17,048 bases of DNA from Octopus sinensis (taxonomy: Eukaryota): the NCBI RefSeq assembly GCF_006345805.1, contig NW_021824932.1, positions 1-17,048 on the forward strand, read 5' to 3'. Positions 1-9,217 of this stretch are shown piece after piece. Numbering within the stretch: the first letter of the stretch is position 1; each line of letters opens with the position of its first letter. Made by a program: the position numbers and the translations under genes. The notes beneath the pieces were generated by a model that was given only the letters and a program-made list of their open reading frames with translations, was not told the DNA's origin and did not search any database.

Positions 1-26
1 TTGTCATATGTATGTATATATGTATG

Positions 27-312
27 AGCCAATTAGAGAGTCCTCTACATGGTAGCTACGCCTCGAAGAAATAGCTGCCAATCTTCCTCAGATCACAGTC
101 TACTGTATGTATGTACCTATGTGAGTATGTATGGGCCAACGAGAGAGATTCCTACACGGTTCCTACACCTTGTCGAAAAAGCAAGCAAATTTCCCTCAAA
201 TCATACCCTACTCTCATCTATGTATGTATGTATCAGCCAATGAGGGAAACCTCTACAAAGTATTTGGACATGGTAGAAATAGCTGTCAAATGTCCCTCAA
301 ATCACAATCACT
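27..312. repeat. Three diverged ~80 bp repeat fragments, each preceded by a (TATG)n tract (~105 bp period); probably old interspersed-repeat remnants
   Basis: The motif gccaa..gaga/ggga...ctaca..g......agaaatagc.g.caaa..t.cctcaaatca.a recurs at ~27-100, ~134-212 and ~235-312. Confidence 0.65.
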
Positions 313-802
313 GTAGTTTCTTTTACACAATAAAGTTCTTCAAAACCAACACCAGCGTTTCTTAACTTTCACGTTCTCATCTTCTGGACGCAGTGATGTT
401 GGCACATGTTGTTACAGTCTATTAGTTCGTTTTGACTTCATTGTAGTTTCTTTGATACAATAAAGCTCTCAAAACCAACACCCAGCTTCTTAAATTTCAC
501 GTTTCATCTTCTGGACGCAGGAGTGATGTTGGCACACTTTGTTTACAGTTATTAGTTCGTTTTGACTTCATTGTAGTTTCTTTGATACAATAAAGCTCTC
601 AAAACCAACACCAGCGTTTCTCATCTTTCACGTTCTCATCTTCTGGACGCAGTGATGTTGGCACACGTTGTTACAGTCTATTAGTTCGTTTTGACTTCAT
701 TGTAGTTTCTTTGATACAATAAAGTTCTCAAAACCAACACCAGCGTTTCTTAACTTTCACGTTCTCATCTTCTGGATGCAGTGATGTTGATACGTGTTGT
801 TA
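311..802. repeat. Tandem repeat, ~129-130 bp unit, ~3.8 copies
   Basis: The unit tgtagtttctt..acaataaag..caaaaccaacaccagcgtttc..tcatcttctggacgcagtgatgttggc..ttagttcgttttgacttca restarts at ~311, 441, 571 and 700. Confidence 0.95.
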
Positions 803-824
803 TCGGTTTATAGATAGTATACAA

Positions 825-834
825 AACCAATCAG
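825..834 (+). promoter_or_regulatory. Possible CCAAT box (NF-Y-type AACCAATCAG)
   Basis: Matches RRCCAATCAG and lies ~330 bp upstream of the candidate ATG. This is a motif match only. Confidence 0.3.
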
Positions 835-1027
835 ATCGGTATAGAGATAACGTCCGGGATTTGATGTAATCATTTTTTATTTGTCTTTGTTTTGTTTTTT
901 TACTGTTTTCTCTACACATCACCAGACTGCTTTGTCTGACTTAGTTTTCGTGAAATGAGTATCTGTTTATATTAGCGTCGTACTAAACGACCACTAGCAA
1001 TACCACCGCCATACTATATCTCCACTT

Positions 1028-1157
1028 CCACCACCACCACCACCACCACCACCACCACCGCCGCCGCCGCCACATCGTTTCACCATCACTGGCACCACAC
1101 CACCACCACCACCACCCCATTACTACTGACGCCGCCGCCGCCGCCGCCGCCGCGGCC
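1028..1157 (+). repeat. Trinucleotide repeats (CCA)10(CCG)4, (CAC)6 and (GCC)7 in a putative 5' UTR
   Basis: Read directly from the sequence. The (GCC)7GCGGCC run abuts the ATG at 1158. Confidence 0.9.
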
Positions 1158-1177
1158 ATGTCTGACACAAATTTCAG
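1158..1177 (+). CDS. Putative first coding exon of an unidentified host gene (M-S-D-T-N-F-[S/R], phase-2 intron follows)
   Basis: Kozak-like gccgcggccATG, consensus donor CAG|GTGAGT at 1175-1183, and an in-frame upstream stop at 984-986. A long polypyrimidine tract with CAG at ~873-925 could be the acceptor of this exon. No convincing downstream exon was found in the window. Confidence 0.5.
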
Positions 1178-1492
1178 GTGAGTCATCTTAGTAAAGTAAC
1201 CGCACCTTTTTCTTTTTATTTTAACATCAGTTTCGTGTACTTTTCGTTCAGGATACCAGACTTGCAAACGCGGCATAAACAGTTGCATACACATGCAGTC
1301 AGTCACATATACACACACACACACACATGCACAAATGCAGACACACATAGTATCTAGACAAAGACACGGAGGTAGTTATACGCGTATAGATATATAGAAA
1401 TATAAAAAGAAAATTGCACAGCTTCAAACGTACCACATGCAAACTTGATGTGTATGTACATACGTCTGTACTAATGTCTATATGACTATGTG

Positions 1493-1879
1493 TACATACA
1501 TACATACATAGGTACCTACATACATACATACATAGGTACATACATATATACATACATACATAGGTACCTACATACATACATACATAGGTACATACATAGG
1601 TACATACATACATAGGTACATACATACATACATACATACATACATAGGTACATAAATAGGTACATACATACATACATACATAGGTACATACATAGGTACA
1701 TACATACATAGGTACATACATACATGCATATATACATACATAGATACATACATACATACATACGTACATACATACATACATACATACATACATACATACA
1801 TACATACATACATACATACATACATACATACATACGTACATACATACATACATACATACATACATACATACATACATAC
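1493..1879. repeat. (TACA)n microsatellite with TAGG interruptions
   Basis: Read directly from the sequence. Confidence 0.97.
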
Positions 1880-1954
1880 AGAGATAGGCTGATAGACAAA
1901 TGCATAGGTAGATAAACAGACGGAAGGAGGGAGGGGGATAGACTGAAAAAGACG

Positions 1955-2772
1955 GATATGTAGACAGGCAGGTAGGTGGATAGACTGACAGACAAAAAAT
2001 GGTTAGCCCATCAAATGTATGGATAGACTGACGAACAGACGGGTAGGTAGATAGACAAACGGACAAATAGGTGGATAGAATGAGATAGACACACAGATAG
2101 ACAGACAGCGAGACAGATAGACAGGCAGGTAGGTGGATAGACTGACAGACAAAAAAATGGTTAGCCCATCAAATGTATGGATAGACTGACGAACAGACGG
2201 GTAGGTAGATAGACAAACGGACAAATAGGTGGATAGAATGAGATAGACAGACGGATAGACAGACAGATAGACAGGCAGGTAGATAGATAGACTGACAGAC
2301 AAAAAAATGTTTAACCCATCAAATGTATGGATATACTGACAAGCAGACGGGTAGGTAGATAGACAAACGGACAAATAGGTGGATAAAATGAGATAGACAC
2401 ACAGATAGACAGACAGCTAGACAGATAGACAGGCAGGTAGATGGATAGACTGACAGACAAAAAATGGTTAGCCCATCAAATGTATGGATAGACTGACAAG
2501 CAGACGGGTAGGTAGATAGACAAACGGACAAATAGGTGGATAGAATGAGACAGACACACGGATAGACAGACAGCTACACAGATAGACAGGCAGGTAGGTG
2601 GATAGACTGACAGACAAAAAAATGGTTAGCCCATCAAATGTATGGATAGACTGACAAGCAGACGGGTAGGTAGATAGACAAACGAACAAATAGGTGGATA
2701 GAATGAGATAGACACACGGATAGACAGACAGCGAGACAGACAGAAGACAGGTAGATGGATAGACTGACAGAC
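1955..2772. repeat. Tandem repeat, ~150-158 bp unit, ~5 copies, built on GACA/GATA simple repeats
   Basis: The marker aaaaatggttagcccatcaaatgtatggatagactgac recurs with its gg/gt at ~2001, 2159, 2309, 2466 and 2624. Confidence 0.93.
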
Positions 2773-2933
2773 AGATAGACTGACTGGCACAGACTAACAG
2801 GCAGGAAGACTGACTGGCAGACAAGCAGATTGACCGGTAGGTAGACAGACAGACAGACAGATAGATAGATTGACAGACAGACAGGCTGATAGATTGACAG
2901 ACAGACACAGCTCCAACACGGTAAACTAATACG

Positions 2934-3350
2934 TATTTCTTTACTGTCCACAAGGGGCAAAACATAGAGGGGGACAAACAAGGACAGACAAAGGGATTAA
3001 GTTGATTACATCGACCCCAGTGCGTAACTGGTACTTAATTTATCGATACCGAAAGAATGAAAGGCAAAGTCGACCTCGGCGGAATTTGAACTCAGAACGT
3101 AACGGCAGACGAAATACCTATTTCTATTTCTTTATTACCCACTAGGGGCTAAACACAGAGGGGACAAACAAGGACAGACATAGGGATTAAGTCGATTACA
3201 TCGACCCCAGTGCGTAACTGGTACTTAATTTATCGATACCGAAAGAATGAAAGGCAAAGTCGACCTCGGCGGAATTTGAACTCGAAACGTAACGACAGAC
3301 GAAATACCACTAAGCATCTCGCCCGGCGTGCTAACGTTTCTGCCAGCTCG
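2934..3350 (-). mobile_element. tRNA-derived SINE family B, head-to-tail dimer (full copy 3119-3350 plus headless copy 2934-3118)
   Basis: On the minus strand the head is cgagctggcagaaacgttagcacg, with a B-box-like GTTCAAATTCC, a central gactttgcctttcat.ctttcgg..tcgataaa (Meta-SINE-like domain) and a tail ..aaagaaata. The same family occurs at 14857, 15460 and 16999. Confidence 0.9.
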
Positions 3351-3407
3351 ACAGACAGATAGACTGATTGGCACAGACTAACAGGCAGGAAGACTGACTG
3401 GCAGACA

Positions 3408-3797
3408 GGGGAGGAAGCACTCCGTCGGTTACGACGACGAGGGTTCCGGTTGATCCGAATCAACGGAACAGCCTGCTCGTGAAAATAACGTGTAAGTGGC
3501 TGAGCACTCCACAGACACGTGCACCCTTAACGTAGTTCTCGGGGATATTCAGAGTGACACAGAGAGTGACAAGGCCGGCTCTTTGAAATACAGGTACAAC
3601 AGAAACAGGAAGTAAGAGTGAGAAAAAGTTGTGGTGAAAGAGTACAGCAGGGATCACCATCATCCCCTGCTGGAGCCTCGTGGAGCTTTTAGGTGTTTTC
3701 GCTCAATAAACACTCACAACGCCCGGTCTGGGAATCGAAACCGCGATCCTATGACCGCGAGTCCACTGCCCTAACCACTGGGCCATTGCGCCTCCAC
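3408..3797 (-). mobile_element. tRNA-derived SINE family C, full length
   Basis: A box TGGCCCAGTGG and B box GTTTCGATTCC on the minus strand. 12 bp TSD gactggcagaca at 3396-3407 and 3798-3809. Homologous to 4054-4432. Confidence 0.92.
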
Positions 3798-4053
3798 GAC
3801 TGGCAGACAAGCAGATTGACCGGTAGGTAGACAGACAGATGGATAGATTGACAGACAGACACAGATCCAACACGGTTAACTAATACGGTCGAACTAACGC
3901 CGTCAACTACCCCGTCGATAATCCACTCAGTCCTTATTTATTGTAATCGGTTAGTCCACCTTCAGTCACCTGGGGGTGTTCAGGATTCTCCCATGACATA
4001 GACAAAGATACTAAAAGTGATAACCCTGAAACGTCTAACGACTTTTGGATATG

Positions 4054-4432
4054 GTGGAGGCGCAATGGCCCATTGGTTAGGGCAGAAGACTCGCGGTCGC
4101 GGGATCGCGGTTTCGATTCCCAGACCGGGCGTTGTGTTTATTGAGCGAAAACACCTAAAAAGTTCCACGAGGCTCCGGCAGGGGGTGGTGGCTAACCCTG
4201 CTGTACTCTTTCGCCACAACTTTCTCTCACTCTTTCTTCCTGTTTCTGTTGTAACTGTATTTCGAAGGGCCAGCCTTCTCACACACTGTGTCACGCTGAA
4301 TCTCCCCGAGAACTACGTTAAGGGTACACGTGTCTGTGGAGTGCTGAGCCACTTACACATTAATTTCACGAGCAGGCTATTCCGTTGATCAGATCAACTG
4401 AAACACCTCGTCGTCTTAACCGACAGAGTGCC
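4054..4432 (+). mobile_element. tRNA-derived SINE family C, full length
   Basis: Head ggaggcgcaatggcccattggttagggcag...ggtttcgattcccagacc. It is the reverse-complement homologue of 3408-3797. No clear TSD. Confidence 0.92.
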
Positions 4433-4457
4433 ACGAATGAATATAATTCGTTGCCTA

Positions 4458-4832
4458 CAGTTATGAAAGGCCATATGAGTAGTGAATACAACCAATAGGA
4501 AGTGTTAATTTTGTTAGTATTCTCGTAGTTTGTTCGGGCTAAATTTGACAGCTTTTATGTCTCTTTTTTCAACGAAAAGCTTAATGTATCGGCGAACAGT
4601 CTACGGCGTGGGAGAGCATAAAAATTTAAGTTGTAGTTGAGAAAATGTTATCTGGCATGGGAAACTGAAAGCCATCTGAATATTGGAAAAAAAGTTACTT
4701 GTATCATGATAATTCGCGCCGGGATCAAAATGTAGACATCATGGCTGCTGCTCAGTGTCCTGTGAACACCGTAAAGGTTGTACGACATAATAGGGACATG
4801 ATGAAAACCAAGCTCCGCCAAATTGAGATGGC
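4458..4832 (+). mobile_element. Decayed, probably internally deleted Tc1/mariner (maT/DD37D-like) transposon fragment
   Basis: TA|CAG start at 4456-4460. The frameshifted translation KPSEYWK..TCIMIIRAG..NVDIMAAAQCPVNTVKVVRH resembles a maT-type N-terminal HTH. The following NRDMMK..LRQIEMA resembles the C-terminal RFR.RIE region (inference). Confidence 0.55.
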
Positions 4833-5389
4833 CTGTGGGTATGTTTCCAGTGAGGCCTTTGGGTGTGTCCTCAGTGAGGCCTTTGGATGTGTCCCCAGTG
4901 AGACCTTTGGGTGTGTCCCCAGTGAGACCTTTGGGTGTGTCCCCAGTGAGACCTTTGGGTGTGTTCCCAGTGAGGCCTTTGGGTGTATCCCCAGTGAGGC
5001 CTTTGGGTGTGTCTCCAGTGAGGCCTTTGGGTGTGTCTCCAGTGAGGCCTTTGGGTGTGTCTCCAGTGAGGCCTTTGGGTGTGTCCCCAGTGAGGCCTTT
5101 GGGTGTGTCCCCAGTGCGGCCTTTGGGTGTGTCCCCAGTGAGGCCTTTGGGTGTGTCCCCAGTGAGGCCTTTGGGTGTGTCCCCAGTGAGGCCTTTGGGT
5201 GTGTCCTCAGTGAAGGCCTTTGGGTGTGTCCCCAGTGAGGCCTTTGGGTGTGTCTCAAGTGAGGCCTTTGGGTGTGTCCCCAGTGAGGTCTTTGGGTGTG
5301 TCCCCAGTGAGGCCTTTGGGTGTGTCCCCAGTGAGGCCTTTGGGTGTGTCCCCAGTGAGGCCTTTGGGTGTGTCCTCAGTGAGGCCTTT
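4830..5389. repeat. Minisatellite, 24 bp unit CCCAGTGAGGCCTTTGGGTGTGTC, ~23 copies
   Basis: Read directly from the sequence. It explains the repetitive ORFs (SEAFGCVP / LGTHPKAS / VRPLGVSP). Confidence 0.98.
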
Positions 5390-5798
5390 CCTCATTATAT
5401 GTCTTCGTGGACAACATTTCTGACTATTCCTTCTGACACATGGAGATCTTTTGCAGTTTACCTCATGGACTTTCTGGGATTGTAATCAATGGGCTGTTGA
5501 ACTTGTTGAATAAATTCAAGTGTTCTGATGATTTCAGAGTGTTTAGAATGCTTTTTATGCTTTGATACTGGTGATACGTTTCCATCTTCAGTCTCTAACT
5601 CCTTACAAACTTTGTATACGAAAGATGTGTCAACTCTTAGAAATCGAAATATTTCTAAATCGCTATGTTCAACCTTTATAAGCACAATAACAACATGCCT
5701 CTTCATTTCTTGAGAAAGCTGAGTGTCTGCTATTATTATTTTCTGAAAATGCAGCAATGACCCAAAAGTGTATATCCTCAAATATCTTACGCACCCTG
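5390..5798 (-). mobile_element. 5' part of a maT/mariner-like (DD37D-type) DNA transposon with a decayed transposase N-terminus
   Basis: Terminus TA|CAGGGTGCGTAAG on the minus strand (TA at 5799-5800). The translation MKRHVVIVLIKVEHSDLEIFRFLRVDTSFVYKVCKELE..KHKKHSKHSEIIRTLEFIQQVQQPIDYNPRKSMR*TAKDLHVSEGIVRNVVHEDI fits a paired HTH region. The catalytic domain is absent. Confidence 0.8.
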
Positions 5799-7624
5799 TA
5801 GTATGTCGTGTCAAACGTATATTTATGTTTTTTTTATCTAGTTTCAGCTCACAAGCTGTGGCGATGCTGGGTTACAGCCATTTGGTGTTGCTACATGATT
5901 TTACTTCACGAATGCTTTTTAGCAATTGCCATTTGATGCATGAGAGAGTTCGATGCAGCTGCCCTCATCTGCACCTCCTGCCGTGAAGTTGGTTCATCTG
6001 GGACACCTGACAAGAAGAGATCCAGTTTTATTTTAAAGACATCTGCATCCACCCCATGCAGGTCTCTCAGGTTCTTCGGGAGGATATTGAAGAGCTGTGG
6101 GCCTCGGAAACCCAGGCTATCACAGTATCTTGTCCTACATCTTGATGGCAAATTTGGAGTCCTTGGCACTATGCAATGTTTAAACATTTAAATTTCGTCA
6201 AAAATCTTTCCAAGTCCTGGTACCTTTCACTCAAAATTTTTGGTCCTCCAAAGTCGTCTTGGAGTAAAAGTTGATCTACCAAATTTTCAGCTGTAAAGTT
6301 AGGTCTAAAATATTCAATTTGTGTAATGGAAAACACTGTACCGTTGGTTGGGTTTGAACACACAAAAACACACATTTTCGCCGGCTGGTCTTCCAGATTA
6401 CATCGGTCAATCGTTCTTATAACCACAATAACAGCCTTTATAACCACAATACAAACATGCCTCTTCATTTCTTGAGAAGCTGAGTGTCTGCTATTATTAT
6501 TTTCTGAAAATGCAGCAATGACCCAAAAGTGTATATCCTCAAATATCTTACGACCCTGTAGTATGTCGTGTCAACGTATAGTTTAAACATTTAAACTTCG
6601 TCAAAACCTTCCAAGTCCTGGTGCCTTTCACTCAAAATTTTTGGTCCTCCAAAGTCGTCTTGGAGTAAAAGTTGATCTACCAAATTTTCAGCTGTAAAGT
6701 TAGGTCTAAAATATTCAATTTGTGTAATGGAAAACACTGTACCGTTGGTTGGGTTTGAACACACAAAAACACACATTTTCGCCGGCTGGTCTTCCAGATT
6801 ACATCGGTCAATCGTTCTTTATAACCACAATAACAGCCTTTATAACCACAATAACAACATGCCTCTTCATTTCTTGAGAAAGCTGAGTGTCTGCTATTAT
6901 TATTTTCTGAAAATGCAGCAATGACCCAAAAGTGTATATCCTCAAATATCTTACGCACCCTGTAGTATGTCGTGTCAACGTATAGTTTAAACATTTAAAC
7001 TTCGTCAAAACCTTTCCAAGTCCTGGTGCCTTTCACTCAAAATTTTTGGTCCTCCAAAGTCGTCTTGGAGTTAAAGTTGATCTACCAAATTTTCAGCTGT
7101 AAAGTTAGGTCTAAAATATTCGATTTGTGTAATGGAAAACACTGTACCGTTGGTTGGGTTTGAATACACAAAAACACACATTTTCGCCGGCTGGTCTTCC
7201 AGATTACATCGGTCAATCGTTCTTTATAACCACAATAACAGCCTTTATAACCACAATAACAACATGCCTCTTCATTTCTTGAGAAAGCTGAGTGTCTGCT
7301 ATTATTATTTTCTGAAAATGCAGCAATGACCCAAAAGTGCATATCCTCAAATATTTTACGCACCCTGTAGTATGTCTTGTAAACGTATAGTTTAAACATT
7401 TAAACTTCGTCAAAATCTTTCCAACTCCTGGTGCATTTCACTCAAAAGTTTTGGTCCTCTTAAGTCGTCTTGGAGTAAAAGTTAATCTACTTCAGCTGTA
7501 AAGTTAGATCTAAAATATTCGATTTGTGTAATGGAAAACAGTGTGCCGTTGGTTGGGTTTGAACACACAAAAACACACATTTTCGTCGGCTGGTCTTCCA
7601 GATTCCATCGGTCAATCGTTCTTT
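5673..7624. repeat. Tandem array, ~405 bp unit, 4 copies (first interrupted by a LINE); each unit is a transposon 5' end plus ~270 bp of flank
   Basis: The marker cctttataa.cacaata recurs at 5673, 6435, 6837 and 7242. The ORF track shows repeated translations. Confidence 0.96.
5822..6177 (-). mobile_element. 5'-truncated CR1-group LINE, 3' end (ORF2 C-terminus, 3' UTR, tail)
   Basis: ORF 5906-6187: SLGFRGPQLFNILPKNLRDLHGVDADVFKIKLDLFLSGVPDEP..RAAASNSL, homologous to the C-terminus of the RT-bearing LINE at 11821-12869. Inserted inside the first 405 bp unit between cgtata and gtttaaac. Confidence 0.88.
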
Positions 7625-7920
7625 GTTTTTCTTCTTTATCATCACCATCATCGCTTCTTCCCTCTTGGTGATTCCTCATCTTCTCTTTCTAGTTCTTCTT
7701 CTCTTCTTTCTTTTACCGTTATGTCTTATTGCGTTCGTCTTCTTTATTTTTTTTTTTCTAATTCTTTATCTTTTCTTTCTTTCTTTCTTCCTTCATCCCC
7801 ATTTGACCGTCACCTTCGCCTCTCTGCTCCTCCATGTCTCCGCCATATTCTTTAATTTCATGTTCTTGTGCCTCTTCCTGTGTTTTCTTCTCACCTATTC
7901 ATGTACCGTGTCTTCCATTA

Positions 7921-8046
7921 CACACATATACGCATATATATATATATATATATGAGAATTATGTATATATATGTAAATATATATGTGTGTGCGTGTACTT
8001 TGTCATACATTTCATTATACGTATGTGTATCATACATGTGTGTGTG

Positions 8047-8084
<38 letters not shown>

Positions 8085-8211
8085 CATACATGTGCGTGTG
8101 TATATATATATATATAGATATATATATATATATAAGAATTATGTATATATATGTAAATATATGTGTGTGTGTACTTTGTCATAGATTTCATTATACGTAA
8201 GTGTATCATAC

Positions 8212-8262
<51 letters not shown>

Positions 8263-9163
8263 GAATGTGTGTGTGTGTGTGCGTATAGTGTGTGTGCTAT
8301 ATGACAAAATTTATATATTTACATACCACCATTCTGAATATACATTTACGTATATGTGCATATATATTATATACATATACACAGTCATGCATATATATAT
8401 ACATACATATGCACATTGTATACGGACACGCAAGCATATACAAACACACATATATATATATGTACATACAGACACATATTTACACACATAATACACACAC
8501 ACACACGTGTGTATTATGTATATGTGTATAAATATATGTATGTATGTGTGTACGTATACGTTTGTGTATGTGCTCACGTACGTGTGTGTGTTACGTGTGT
8601 GTGTGTACGTGTGGTGTGTGTACGTGTGTGTGGTACGTGTGTGTGTGTACGTGTGTGTGTGTATTAAATGTGTAAATATGTGTCTGTATGTACATATATA
8701 TATCTACATTCGCACACACAAACACATCTGCGCCCACATATGTGTGTGTGTGTGTGTGTGTGAGTGTGTGTGTGTGTATGTGTTGTGTGTGCGGTGTGTG
8801 TGTGTGTGTGTGTGTATGTGTGTTGTATGTGTGTGTGTGTGTGTGAGTGAGGAGTGTGTGTGTGTGTGTTTGTGTGAGTTGTGTGGTGTGTGTGTGAGTG
8901 AGTGATGTGTGTGTGTGTGTGTGTGTATGTGTGTGTGTGTGTGTGTGTGTGAGTGGTGTGTGTGTGTGAGTTGTGTGTGTGTGTGTGTATGTATGTGTGT
9001 ACGTATACGTTTGTGTATGTGGCTCACGTACGTGTGTGTGTGTGTATTATGTGTGTAAATATGTGTCTGTATGTACATATATATATATCTACATTCGCAC
9101 ACACAAACACATCTGTCAAAATACAAAACAAAACACACATCTGCGCCCACATATATGCGTCTG

Positions 9164-9217
<54 letters not shown>

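Noticed and set aside
983-1348. Minus-strand 121 aa ORF with poly-Ala/poly-Trp
   Set aside because: It is the antisense reading of the CCA/GCC repeats. The plus strand carries the Kozak and donor signals.
1299-2981. Long minus-strand ORFs (MYVC.., SVCLS..)
   Set aside because: They are translations of (TACA)n and GACA/GATA repeats that lack stops by composition.
3890-4053. Unique spacer as a possible exon, or a third hammerhead remnant (ctaaaagtgataaccctGAAACGTC, 4011-4035)
   Set aside because: The acceptors are weak and there is no good donor. Only GAAACGTC matches the ribozyme pattern, while the CUGANGA box and helix II are too degenerate to support.
4054-4130. tRNA gene-like A/B boxes (also near 3720-3797, 10853, 11310, 15460)
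   Set aside because: They are SINE heads continuous with repeated SINE bodies, and I could not build a convincing cloverleaf.
4830-5389. CRISPR-like appearance of the 24 bp repeats
   Set aside because: The units are contiguous with no unique spacers, there are no cas genes, and the context is eukaryotic.
4699-5485. Overlapping 168-220 aa repeat-protein ORFs
   Set aside because: They are open in several frames on both strands because the 24 bp unit lacks stops there. A 1 bp insertion near 5215 breaks the frame, and there are no splice signals.
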